Below are positions 25,253-35,028 of a stretch of 40,000 bases of DNA, piece after piece. Position 1 is the stretch's first letter. Every line of letters starts with the position of its first letter. Position numbers and translations under genes: made by a program. The notes under the pieces were generated by a model. It did no database searches and was not told where the DNA came from. It saw nothing but the letters and a program-made list of their open reading frames with translations. The DNA is from Microcystis aeruginosa FD4 (GTDB lineage: Bacteria; Cyanobacteriota; Cyanobacteriia; Cyanobacteriales; Microcystaceae). The stretch lies in NCBI RefSeq assembly GCF_009792235.1, contig NZ_CP046973.1:1473062-1513061 (forward strand). The letters are read 5' to 3'.

Positions 25253-26353
25253 ATGGCTATTTGTATTCCCGTTAATTTACCCGATCGCTCCTATAATATT
25301 CTGATCGAGAAGGGCAGTTTAGCCAATCTCGGTGCAGAAATGAGCCAGTTAAGCTTAGGTAAAAAGGTTTTATTGGTTTCTAATCCCGAAATTTTTGAGT
25401 ACTACGGGCAAATAGCGGTTAATTCCTTAGAAAAAGCGGGATTTACCGTTTCTACTCATCTGATCCCCGCTGGCGAAAATTATAAAACCCTCGATTCGAT
25501 CGCCCAAGTTTATGATAGCGCCCTCGCTCACCGGTTGGAACGTTCCTCGACTATGGTTGCCCTCGGTGGTGGGGTGATCGGGGATATGACGGGATTTGCG
25601 GCAGCCACATGGTTACGGGGTGTTAATTTTGTCCAAGTTCCCACCACCCTCTTAGCGATGGTAGATGCTTCCATCGGGGGTAAAACTGGTGTCAATCATC
25701 CCCAGGGCAAAAATCTGATCGGGGCGTTTTATCAACCGAAATTAGTTCTGATCGATCCTAACGTCCTTAAAACCCTACCCGTGCGAGAATTTCGCGCAGG
25801 AATGGCAGAAGTGATTAAATATGGTGTAATTTGGGATGCCCAGTTATTTCAACAGTTAGAAGACTCGGACAATTTAGCTAGTTTTTCTCAGATCGATGGC
25901 GAGCTATTGCAAACAATTATTACAAAATCTTGCCAAGCTAAAGCAGATGTGGTAAGTAAAGACGAAAAAGAAGCGGGTTTGCGGGCGATCTTAAACTATG
26001 GTCACACGATCGCCCACGGCATTGAAAGTTTAACCGGATATACTAAGATTAACCACGGGGAAGCGGTGGCCATGGGGATGGTGGCAGCAGGAGCGATCGC
26101 TGTTAAACTGGGAATGTGGACGGAAGCGGAAAATCAACGACAAACGGCGTTAATTGCCAAAGCTGGCTTAGAAACACAAATTCCGCCCTTAAACCCCGAC
26201 CAGATGATCGAGATGCTTACTGCCGATAAAAAGGTCAAAGATGGCAAGGTTAGATTTATTTTACCAACAGCAATCGGCCAAGTCACCATTAGCGATCGAG
26301 TCACCCCCACCCTGGTGCGCGAGGTGTTATCCCCAACCAAATCCGAGCAATAG
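25253..26353 (+). CDS. aroB: 3-dehydroquinate synthase
   Basis: [23 protein letters not shown] is a typical DHQS N-terminus. [58 protein letters not shown] is also present. The track ORF start at 25034 is a repeat-encoded artefact. Confidence 0.9.
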   Translation: MAICIPVNLPDRSYNILIEKGSLANLGAEMSQLSLGKKVLLVSNPEIFEYYGQIAVNSLEKAGFTVSTHLIPAGENYKTLDSIAQVYDSALAHRLERSSTMVALGGGVIGDMTGFAAATWLRGVNFVQVPTTLLAMVDASIGGKTGVNHPQGKNLIGAFYQPKLVLIDPNVLKTLPVREFRAGMAEVIKYGVIWDAQLFQQLEDSDNLASFSQIDGELLQTIITKSCQAKADVVSKDEKEAGLRAILNYGHTIAHGIESLTGYTKINHGEAVAMGMVAAGAIAVKLGMWTEAENQRQTALIAKAGLETQIPPLNPDQMIEMLTADKKVKDGKVRFILPTAIGQVTISDRVTPTLVREVLSPTKSEQ

Positions 26354-26389
26354 ACGTTTTGGTGGTGATTCGGTAGTAGTGATGGCGGC

Positions 26390-27095
26390 TTAATCCTTTG
26401 CTTTGCTGTGCATTGTAGTCATGGATAAAATACCAAAGAGCTCCCCAACGTGATTCTCCATTTTTTTAGAGAAAGATAGACTCTCTCTCACCAGCCGAGA
26501 AATCCTTTGTCGAAAGGTATTATTTAATCTTTCAATAGGATTAGTTTGACCAGTTTCTTTCCCGACCGGTCGATGACGTTTACTGGGAATTACTGTCTTA
26601 TAGTACTCCCAAAAGTCTGTGTAAGCAACCGCACATTGTCGGTAAACGCCTGGTAAACTGGCCCCAAAGTTTTTTGGCTGATTGACGACTCCTATCTCCG
26701 CGCATAGCAACCAATAATTTCTCTTTTCTTTCTATCAATTAACCGCCAAATATAAACTTTTATCGTCTTAGAAAAAACAAAAGACCACATCTCATCACAT
26801 TCTCTAACCAATTTACCTTTTGGTTTGTCCGAAACCTTTATTTGACGGGGGACAGCCGCCAGTTTATTGTTGACATAATTTTGTAACCATGACCAACTTA
26901 CTCCTGTTACTCTAGCAATTCCTCGTCAGGAAATTCGTTCGAGCAAGAGTTGATCAATTAATTGTTTTGTTTCGTCAGAGACGGTTTTATTAGTGGGATT
27001 GATCACAAACGGTTGACCACATTCTTTACATTGATGTTTGGGTTTTCCCTTATGAATAGAACCATTCTTGATCCTATGGTGAGAACCACAACGCT
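26390..27095 (-). pseudogene. IS1-family transposase, degraded
   Basis: The C-terminal frame (ORF 26390..26710) reads YTDFWEYY...NPIERLNNTFRQRISRLVRESLSFSKKMENH. The upstream frame reads KRCGSHHRIKNGSIHKGKPKHQCKECGQPF...LLLERIS*RGIARVTGVSWSWLQNY. It has an in-frame TGA, a frameshift near 26700 and no start codon. Confidence 0.75.
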
Positions 27096-27418
27096 TGACA
27101 GGGGAATAGAGGTGAACTAGGGGGGGTATTTTGTTCGGTGCTAGACTGATATTTGAGTAAGCCAGACAGGAGCCAGAAAAAGATATTTATCAGAAAAGTC
27201 ATGAGCAAGCTAGAGGTTTAAAGACTGAGCGGGTTCCAATTATTTTTATTAATAAATATTTTACACAATTCATACCAGGTAAGCAAGAGAGCTACGCCAC
27301 TACTACCGAATCATTACCATGAAAGATTTCAGATGAATAAAAATTTCCAAGGTTCATCTGCAAACTTGCTTGTTCTTGTTCAGTATTGTTATATTTTTTC
27401 AATACTTCTAAAGCTTCC

Positions 27419-28637
27419 GGCTCTTCTGGTTTTTGTGTGAAAGGAAGAAGAATAGGGATAATTTGGGTGCATCTCAATTTTGTCGAAATATCTAGAGGAC
27501 ATTTTGGGCGCACGCGGTGCGCCCCTACCATTGGCGCAATCATATTATTGTAGGGGCGAATTGCATTCGCCCTCTTTGAATAACTGCTGCTGCTCACCAT
27601 AGGTGAGGGAAAGTCTCAAAATTGAGATGCAGCCGATAATTTTCGGGAAATATAGTCTTTAAAGCCTTGTCTGGCAAGACTCCTACGAATGATAAGCACC
27701 GATTATCACACAAAGTCGAGGAGAGCCGATGTTCTTTCAGGATAACTTCTAGTTGTTGTTTTTGCTCGTCCTTTAAGTCCTCTTTATTCTTCCATAATAA
27801 ATGAGGTAATCCTTTTTCATGCACCCCCATTAACTTTCTCAATTTATTAAGCTCGTCATTGATGATAGCCATTACATGAAAACGGTCATAGATGATTTTA
27901 GCATTGGGAAATAATTCCTTGATCACTGCTGTAAATCCTGACCACATATCGACGCTCACCTCCTTCACCTTCTCTCGAACCGCCTGGAGGCTATGCTTTT
28001 AAGGCTTCCATTAATTCTTCTTGCTTATGTCCTTTAATCACATCTAGTAAAATTTTCTTGTCCAGATCTACGACCGTTGTTATGAAATCTTTCTGTCCTT
28101 TTAAGTTACTAAATTCATCTAAGCTTATTCGTTCTGGTGCTTCCCACTCTTCCTTTTCTAGTTCTTTAGCAGAGTGATTAAATATTAACTCAACTTCTTC
28201 CCATCCCAACCCTTCTTCTCGACTTATTTCTTCGATACTACAATTTTTTACTCTCTCATAAATCATCGATTCATAGCGAACTGTATGATGCTGTCTTAAT
28301 CTCATAAAACTCAGTCTTTCGCTGATATACTTTTGGCACTTTTGACAATGAAACTGGCGGCGTGGTACTTCTAAATATACTCGATTGCCTAATCTTGACA
28401 AATCTCTGACTAGATTGTACTCTGTCTGATTGATTCTGTCCAAGGTTTGATGGCAATTCGGACATTCAATTGTTTCATTTAAAAGAGCGAGCTTTAGGAA
28501 AATTGTCTGCTCAATTTTTTGATAATTGACCACTGTTACATTTGGTAAATCGAGGAGTTGCTCAAAATTTATCCACATAACCCACCTCCTGTTCTGTGTT
28601 ACTATTATACCATGCTCACACAGAACCTAGAAGAGCC
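27419..28637 (-). mobile_element. ISL3-family element, degraded (transposase in fragments 27991..28578 and 27594..27968, internally deleted)
   Basis: The N-terminal zinc-finger/HTH region reads CPNCHQ...FHCQKCQKY. The DDE region reads VSVDMWSGFTAVIKELFPNAKIIYDRFHV. Inverted ends are GGCTCTTCTGGTTTTTGTGTGA (27419) and, in reverse complement at 28637, GGCTCTTCTAGGTTCTGTGTGA. Confidence 0.65.
27465..27634. mobile_element. 170-bp MITE nested in the 3' end of the ISL3 transposase gene
   Basis: Termini GGGTGCATCTCAATTTTG / CAAAATTGAGATGCAGCC. Same family as 13731-13922. It supplies the artefactual ORF 27292..27600. Confidence 0.75.
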
Positions 28638-28813
28638 AGCAGTTTTTATGTGGGTCAACATCTCTATCATTGGCTCCAGCTACATCAAATGTTCCCAAAA
28701 AATATAGAAGAGCTAATGCAAATTAGCCGCTATCGGTTGAAGGATTACATCAAAGGACAAAGAGCTATATCGCTTGCCCTATCTACCTTCTAGCTCGCTT
28801 GTCCCCCTCTCAG

Positions 28814-29163
28814 GGGATATTGACCAAACCAAACAGACTTTGAGCATTATCTCGTCCACAACGACTATTCAGTTGACGCTGATATTCTAGAAATGATTCA
28901 TTCTGGCGAAAAAAGGCGGCAAATGCCCCTAATATTGCGTCTTTCAGACTGTAGCGGGTAGCATTGCTGGCACTTCGAGGGTCAGTTATCCCAGCGATAA
29001 CTACCTGGAAATAGCTCAGCATCCCCATAAAACCCAGTTGTTTGACTTCCATTCCCCCGAAACCCACTGTTCAAACCCTTCACTCCATTTTGAGAGGCAA
29101 GAGTAAGACTGGTTCTGTATTCTGTGCTACCGTTTGCCTTGGGAATTGCTGGGTGTTGGCAGG
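28814..29163 (-). repeat. 350-bp direct repeat, copy A: 5' end of a DDE transposase gene plus its upstream terminus (ORF 28810..29067 is the truncated N-terminus)
   Basis: Identical base for base, by eye, to 34679-35028. Confidence 0.9.
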
Positions 29164-29176
29164 AGATGTTGAATAA

Positions 29177-29216
29177 ATTCTGAGATTCTGTTAACCTTGT
29201 AACAGAATCTCAGAAT
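29177..29216. promoter_or_regulatory. Perfect 17-bp inverted repeat with a 6-nt loop, 8 nt upstream of the mysA ATG
   Basis: ATTCTGAGATTCTGTTA-ACCTTG-TAACAGAATCTCAGAAT. It lies in the unique sequence between repeat copy A and mysA. Confidence 0.45.
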
Positions 29217-29224
29217 GAAACCTT

Positions 29225-30457
29225 ATGGCAGGCATCAGGGCCACTTTTACGTCTACAGATTGTGCCTTTCATATTGAAGGCTACGAAAAGATTGATTTCA
29301 GTTTGCTCTATGTAAACGGTGCTTTCAAAATTGGGAATCCCGAAATTGCTGAAAGTTATGCACCATTCGGACGCTGCTTGATGGTGATTGATCAAACTGT
29401 TTACGGTTTGTATCGCCAGCAGATCGATCAGTACTTCGCTCACTATCAAATCGATTTGACTGTTTTTCAAGTCAGTATCAAAGAGCCTGAAAAGACTCTG
29501 AGAACTTTCGAGAAGATTGTCGATGCGTTTGCCGACTTTGGACTGGTGCGTAAGGAGCCTGTTTTGGTTGTGGGTGGCGGACTCACGACCGATGTTGCTG
29601 GGTTCGCTTGTTCTGCCTATCGTCGCAAAACCAACTACATTCGCGTACCCACAAGCTTGATTGGCTTGATTGATGCTAGCGTGGCGATTAAGGTTGCTGT
29701 CAATCACGGCAAACTAAAGAATCGTCTTGGTGCGTATCATGCCTCTCAAAAGGTGATTCTTGATTTCTCATTTTTGAGAACTTTGCCGATCGCTCAAATT
29801 CGCAATGGAATGGCAGAGTTAATCAAGATTGCAGTTGTGGGCAATCTTGAAATCTTTGAGCTGCTAGAAGAACATGGTGCGGCATTGCTGCACAGCCATT
29901 TTGGCTATCTGAATGGCACCCCTGAGTTGCAAGCTGTGGGGCATCGTCTGACTTACAAGGCAATTCAAATCATGTTAGAGCTAGAGGTGCCCAACCTGCA
30001 TGAGCTAGATTTAGATCGAGTGATTGCTTACGGTCATACCTGGAGTCCGACGCTAGAATTAACGCCAGAACCACCGATGTTGCACGGTCATAGCGTCAAC
30101 ATTGATATGGCATTTACGGCGACGATCGCCCAGTTGCGCGGCTATATTTCGGTTGAAGACCGCAATCGCATTTTAGGCTTAATGAGCCGATTGGGGCTGG
30201 CGATCGATAGCCTCTATCTCACCCCAGAACTCCTGTGGAAAGCGACCGAAGCAATTACGCGGACTCGCGATGGTTGGCAGCGAGCAGCGGCTCCCCGCCC
30301 GATTGGGCAATGCGTGTTTATGAACGACCTAACGCGATCTGAGTTGGACAAGGCCTTAGCGGTTCACCGAGCGATCGCTCAAAACTATCCTCGTCAGGGC
30401 AATGGTGAGGATATGTACGTGCGCCTCGAGCCAGCCTTAGAGGGAGCAGGCGTATGA
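29225..30457 (+). CDS. mysA: Demethyl-4-deoxygadusol synthase (sugar phosphate cyclase, DHQS/EEVS superfamily)
   Basis: 410 aa. [47 protein letters not shown]. First gene of a four-gene MAA-type operon. Confidence 0.85.
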   Translation: MAGIRATFTSTDCAFHIEGYEKIDFSLLYVNGAFKIGNPEIAESYAPFGRCLMVIDQTVYGLYRQQIDQYFAHYQIDLTVFQVSIKEPEKTLRTFEKIVDAFADFGLVRKEPVLVVGGGLTTDVAGFACSAYRRKTNYIRVPTSLIGLIDASVAIKVAVNHGKLKNRLGAYHASQKVILDFSFLRTLPIAQIRNGMAELIKIAVVGNLEIFELLEEHGAALLHSHFGYLNGTPELQAVGHRLTYKAIQIMLELEVPNLHELDLDRVIAYGHTWSPTLELTPEPPMLHGHSVNIDMAFTATIAQLRGYISVEDRNRILGLMSRLGLAIDSLYLTPELLWKATEAITRTRDGWQRAAAPRPIGQCVFMNDLTRSELDKALAVHRAIAQNYPRQGNGEDMYVRLEPALEGAGV

Positions 30458-31257
30458 GACCCGTTACGCCCGTTGGAATTATCTCAGCGAAGTTAGCAGC
30501 CTTGGTCGGTCGCGCCGAGTCGATCGATGGGCTTGATCCGGTTTTCAAAGCTGAATTGCAGCAAGTCTGTGCCCTAGCTTGCGGACTCGACCCGTATTTG
30601 GATGTTTGTACGACACCCGAATCGCCTGACTTGGCTGCATTGGTGCAACGGACTCAAGCGGAGGACTGGAGCAAGCGATTTACGGATGGTGAAACAGTGC
30701 GCCAGCTAGAGCAGGAAATGCTCTCTGGGCATGTGGAAGGTCAAATGCTCAAATTTCTGGTGCATTTGACGCAAGCGCAACGGGTGCTAGAGATTGGTAT
30801 GTTTACGGGCTATTCCGCTCTAGCGATGGCAGAGGCATTGCCCAGCGATGGACAGGTGGTGGCTTGTGAAGTTGATGCTTATGTGGCTGAATTTGCGCGG
30901 CAGTGTTTTAACGAGTCGACGGCCGGACACAAAATCGTAGTCAAGGTGGCGCCTGCTCTTGAAACCCTGAAGCAGCTTGCAGAGGCAGCAGAGGTGTTCG
31001 ATCTAGTCTTTATTGATGCCGATAAAGCGGGTTACATCGACTACCTCAATCTGCTCCTGACTACCTCGCTGTTAGCTCCAAACGGGTTAATCTGTGCGGA
31101 CAATACTTTGATGCAGGGGCAGCCCTATCTCTCGGAAACGCCTACGCCCAATGGCAAGGCGATCGCACAGTTCAACCAAACCCTGAGCCACGATCCACGA
31201 GTTGAGCAAGTCCTGCTACCTCTGCGAGACGGCTTGACCTTGATTCGGCGTATGTAG
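30454..31257 (+). CDS. mysB: SAM-dependent O-methyltransferase (4-deoxygadusol-forming)
   Basis: 267 aa. Class I OMT motifs [19 protein letters not shown] and FIDADK. ATGA overlap with mysA. Confidence 0.85.
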   Translation: MRPVTPVGIISAKLAALVGRAESIDGLDPVFKAELQQVCALACGLDPYLDVCTTPESPDLAALVQRTQAEDWSKRFTDGETVRQLEQEMLSGHVEGQMLKFLVHLTQAQRVLEIGMFTGYSALAMAEALPSDGQVVACEVDAYVAEFARQCFNESTAGHKIVVKVAPALETLKQLAEAAEVFDLVFIDADKAGYIDYLNLLLTTSLLAPNGLICADNTLMQGQPYLSETPTPNGKAIAQFNQTLSHDPRVEQVLLPLRDGLTLIRRM

Positions 31258-31282
31258 TCCATTAATCCGCCCACTTAAACCT

Positions 31283-32671
31283 ATGATAAAAACCGCTCCC
31301 AAGGTTAAGCTTCTCTCTGAGCCAGCGGTCAGTGCGGGCAGCAGCGGGGTGAGATCGCGCTTAAAAACCCTTGCCACTCTTACTTTGCTGCTGCTGGCAT
31401 TGCCGTTCAACCTTACCCTCGTGTCGATTGCTTTGCTGAGATCGCTAGTTCTTCGCCAGGCGCGATCAACCACAGTAAATCCGCAAACGGTTCTCATTAG
31501 CGGCGGCAAGATGACTAAAGCCTTGCAGCTTGCGCGATCATTTCACAAAGCAGGGCACCGAGTCATCCTAGTGGAGATGCACAAGTACTGGTTAACCGGA
31601 CACCGCTTTTCTTGGTGCGTTGATCGGTTCTACACCATACCCAAACCGCAATCGTCGCAGTATGCTCAGGCATTACTGGAGATTGTGCAAAAAGAAAACG
31701 TTACTGTTTACGTTCCCGTTTGTAGCCCCGTTGCCAGTTATTATGATGCGCTGATTGCAGAAATGCTTGCGCCCCATTGCACCGTCATGCATGTGGATGT
31801 AGAGAGGCTCAAGCAACTGGATGATAAGTACGCCTTTGCGATCGCCGCAGGGACCCTAGGATTAAGCGTGCCGAAATCCCATCGCATCACCCATCCTCAG
31901 CAGGTGATTGACTTTGATTTTAGTAAGGCAAAGCGTCCCTATATCCTCAAAAGCATTCCTTACGATTCAGTGCGGCGATTGGAGCTGACGCAGTTGCCCC
32001 TACGAGATGCTGAGGAAACGGCGACTTTTGTGCGCTCGCTGCCCATTTCTGAAGCAAATCCCTGGATTATGCAGGAGTATATTCCAGGGCAAGAATATTG
32101 TACCCATAGTACTGTTCGTCAAGGACATGTGCAGCTTCACTGCTGCTGCAAGTCTTCAGCGTTTCAGGTCAACTACGAACACGTTGATCATTCTGAGATT
32201 GAACGGTGGATTCTCGCCTTTGTCAAGGGGCTGAACCTTACGGGACAAGTGTCTTTCGACTTCATTCAGGCAGCAGATGATGGACAGGTTTATGCGATCG
32301 AATGCAATCCGCGCACACACTCTGCCATCACGATGTTCTACAACCATCCTGATGTAGCACAGGCTTATCTAAATCTACATCCACTCCCCCACATGGCTCA
32401 GCCACTTGCCTCTAGCCGCCCAACCTATTGGACTTATCACGAAGTTTGGAGATTGCTAACCCAGCTACTTTCTCCAAAGATGCTCAGGCAACGATTACAG
32501 ATTCTCGTCAACGGCAAAGATGCCATCTTTGAGTGGGACGATCCCCTCCCTTTTTTAATGGTGCATCATTGGCAGATTCCGCTATTACTGCTGGGAAGTT
32601 TTCGGCGCGGCAGTGAATGGATTCGGATTGACTTTAACATTGGCAAGCTTGTTGAACTGGGAGGAGACTAG
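31283..32671 (+). CDS. mysC: ATP-grasp ligase (mycosporine-glycine synthase)
   Basis: 462 aa. ATP-grasp core pattern (YILKSIPYDS..., QEYIPGQEYCTHS, YAIECNPRTHSA). Operon position as in characterised MAA clusters. Confidence 0.8.
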   Translation: MIKTAPKVKLLSEPAVSAGSSGVRSRLKTLATLTLLLLALPFNLTLVSIALLRSLVLRQARSTTVNPQTVLISGGKMTKALQLARSFHKAGHRVILVEMHKYWLTGHRFSWCVDRFYTIPKPQSSQYAQALLEIVQKENVTVYVPVCSPVASYYDALIAEMLAPHCTVMHVDVERLKQLDDKYAFAIAAGTLGLSVPKSHRITHPQQVIDFDFSKAKRPYILKSIPYDSVRRLELTQLPLRDAEETATFVRSLPISEANPWIMQEYIPGQEYCTHSTVRQGHVQLHCCCKSSAFQVNYEHVDHSEIERWILAFVKGLNLTGQVSFDFIQAADDGQVYAIECNPRTHSAITMFYNHPDVAQAYLNLHPLPHMAQPLASSRPTYWTYHEVWRLLTQLLSPKMLRQRLQILVNGKDAIFEWDDPLPFLMVHHWQIPLLLLGSFRRGSEWIRIDFNIGKLVELGGD

Positions 32672-32674
32672 AGC

Positions 32675-33766
32675 ATGGAAAAATTGCAGATTTTGCATCT
32701 AGTTGGCTCTGCTGTGAGCGACTTTTACTGTGAGTTGTCGCGACTCTATGCCCAAGATTGTCTACAAAATACGGCCAATCCAGACCTCTATGAGTTCCAC
32801 ATTGCCTACGTGTCGCCAGATTTGAGGTGGCGGTTTCCCAAATCTTTAGACAATGCCGAGATCGCCCAGACTCCCTCAGTTTCAGTCCCTGAAGCAGTCG
32901 CGGTTTTGATGCAACGACCGATCGATGTGATGGTACCCCAAATGTTCTGCCTGCCCGGAATGACTCAGTACCGTGCGCTATTCGATCTGCTCAAAATTCC
33001 GTATGTGGGAAATTCGGCTGAGCTAATGGCGTTAGCCGCAGATAAGGCAAAGGCGAAAGCGGTTGTCTCCGCAGCTGGGGTGACCGTGCCCGCTGGCAAG
33101 GTTCTGCATCGAGGCGATTGCTTATCTGTATCCCGTCCGTCGATTATTAAGCCGAACCATTCCGATAATTCATTGGGTTTGAGTTTAGTTACAACAGACA
33201 CCGATGGAGATGCTGCTTTAGCAACTGCCTTTGAGTATGCAGATGAAGTCTTAGTTGAGGAGTTTATCGAACTGGGTCGAGAAGTTCGCTGTGGGGTGAT
33301 TGTGCAAGCGGGCGAGTTAGTTTGCTTGCCGCTAGAAGAGTACGCCGTGAATCCCGAAACTCATCCGATTCGGACTTATGCAGATAAACTCAAGCAAAAT
33401 GAAGATGGTAGTTTGGATTGTGCTGCTAAAGAGAAAACCAAGGCGTGGATTGTTGATCCTAGGGATCCAGTGACTCAGCGAGTTTGGGCGATCGCAAAAC
33501 AATGTCACGTTGCTTTGGGCTGTCGGCATTACAGTTTGTTTGATTTTCGGATCGATCCACACGGACAGCCGTGGTTTTTAGAAGCAGGTTTGTATTGTTC
33601 GTTTGCTCAGAAAAGCGTCATTTCAATGATGGCTCAGGCTGCTGGAATTTCATTGACAGACCTGTTTCAAAATATGGTGCAGATGGCAGTGGCGGGAGAG
33701 GCTGCCTCTTTGGGCGATCGCTCCACGATCGCGCAGATTGACACAAAAGCCGAAACTTATTCTTAG
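32675..33766 (+). CDS. mysD: D-Ala-D-Ala-ligase-like ATP-grasp enzyme (final amino-acid condensation in MAA synthesis)
   Basis: 363 aa with a Ddl-like pattern (NSAELMALAADKAKAKAV, EEFIELGREVRCGVI, FDFRIDPHGQPWFLEAG). Starts 3 bp after mysC. Confidence 0.8.
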   Translation: MEKLQILHLVGSAVSDFYCELSRLYAQDCLQNTANPDLYEFHIAYVSPDLRWRFPKSLDNAEIAQTPSVSVPEAVAVLMQRPIDVMVPQMFCLPGMTQYRALFDLLKIPYVGNSAELMALAADKAKAKAVVSAAGVTVPAGKVLHRGDCLSVSRPSIIKPNHSDNSLGLSLVTTDTDGDAALATAFEYADEVLVEEFIELGREVRCGVIVQAGELVCLPLEEYAVNPETHPIRTYADKLKQNEDGSLDCAAKEKTKAWIVDPRDPVTQRVWAIAKQCHVALGCRHYSLFDFRIDPHGQPWFLEAGLYCSFAQKSVISMMAQAAGISLTDLFQNMVQMAVAGEAASLGDRSTIAQIDTKAETYS

Positions 33767-33984
33767 CCGGACATTCGGGTGGCCGAAATAGCCATCAAAT
33801 TCTCAAAGCATTGCCAAGCAAGCGTTTCAAACTTCTTTTAGCTGAACTTTCCCCATATGTACTACAAGAGCCGAAAACCCTTATCCATCAATGGATACAC
33901 CCATTAACTTTTCTTAATGTACCCATGTAATTTGTAACATTTCTTAATGGACAAGAATTCTCTCTATTTGCTGGAATGGTAGTC

Positions 33985-34104
33985 ATGTATACAGAAAAAG
34001 TTCCTAACCGTAATTCCCCCCCCGCCGTTCTTCGACCAGATTCCTATCGAGAAGGAGATCAAGTCAAAAAAAGAACCCTGGCTAAGGGACTGGCGTGGGA
34101 ATAA
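33985..34104 (+). pseudogene. N-terminal stub of an IS1634/IS4-type transposase
   Basis: Hand translation gives MYTEKVPNRNSPPAVLRPDSYREGDQVKKRTLAKGLAWE*. The MY.E.V.NRNSPPAVLLRESYREG.KV.KRTLANL pattern is the conserved N-terminus of that family. Confidence 0.55.
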
Positions 34105-34434
34105 TATCCCAGCTTTGAAAATCGCTCTGTAGAAGAATCAGACCAGCCAGATGGCATATTATCAAAGCGCAAGTCCCTTATTGGAAGGGAGCTCTCGAAG
34201 GCTCTCCCCCTACTTAGGGTGATCAGCAAACCCCCTCCGCGCGGAGGGCGCAGGTTCCAGGCGCCCCGACAGTAACGGATTTTGTCCACAATGTAGGGGC
34301 GAACTGCGTTCGCCCAAAAGGTACATTATCAAAGCGCAAGTCCCTAACCGCTCAAAATTACCCGATTATATTATCGACAATCTGAAACTGGCTCTTAAAG
34401 GAGCAACACTGTCCATGACTGAAGGCATTCCCAA

Positions 34435-35028
34435 TCATTTTCGGTGGTGATAGGTTATCTTTCCCTGTTTTGAGGTGCGGCTTGAGCAACAAGGACAACT
34501 AATTTTCTCTGATTCATAGTACTGAGTCCCATCTAGGGTGACGAGTAAGTTGCCCTCCAAGGCTGCAAACAGCCTCAAATAGCCTTGGTCTCCCAGACCT
34601 TGATCAATCCATTTGAACAGGGGAAAAAGATGCTTTGCGGCTATTCCATCGAGGATGTTCCGCATCTGTTCTACTGTCGGGATATTGACCAAACCAAACA
34701 GACTTTGAGCATTATCTCGTCCACAACGACTATTCAGTTGACGCTGATATTCTAGAAATGATTCATTCTGGCGAAAAAAGGCGGCAAATGCCCCTAATAT
34801 TGCGTCTTTCAGACTGTAGCGGGTAGCATTGCTGGCACTTCGAGGGTCAGTTATCCCAGCGATAACTACCTGGAAATAGCTCAGCATCCCCATAAAACCC
34901 AGTTGTTTGACTTCCATTCCCCCGAAACCCACTGTTCAAACCCTTCACTCCATTTTGAGAGGCAAGAGTAAGACTGGTTCTGTATTCTGTGCTACCGTTT
35001 GCCTTGGGAATTGCTGGGTGTTGGCAGG
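34435..35028 (-). pseudogene. DDE transposase 5' fragment (165 codons) plus upstream terminus; contains direct-repeat copy B (34679-35028)
   Basis: ORF 34435..34932. The N-terminal 85 aa are identical to ORF 28810..29067. It continues ...TVEQMRNILDGIAAKHLFPLF...LDGTQYYESEKISCPCC and is then truncated. Confidence 0.75.

Noticed and set aside
27292-27600. 102-aa ORF reported as a possible transposase C-terminus
   Set aside because: Its first roughly 45 codons are read from the nested MITE (the same sequence as 13731-13922). Only the last part could be ISL3-derived.
28596-28793. 65-aa plus-strand ORF between the ISL3 end and repeat copy A
   Set aside because: It starts inside the ISL3 terminal inverted repeat. 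There is no motif, RBS or conservation argument.
29210-29707. 165-aa minus-strand ORF overlapping the start of mysA
   Set aside because: It is antisense to a strongly supported CDS. It is read from GC-richer DNA where long spurious ORFs are expected.
34059-34289. 76-aa minus-strand ORF
   Set aside because: It spans the 146-bp palindrome-rich insert and IS debris and has no coding signal.
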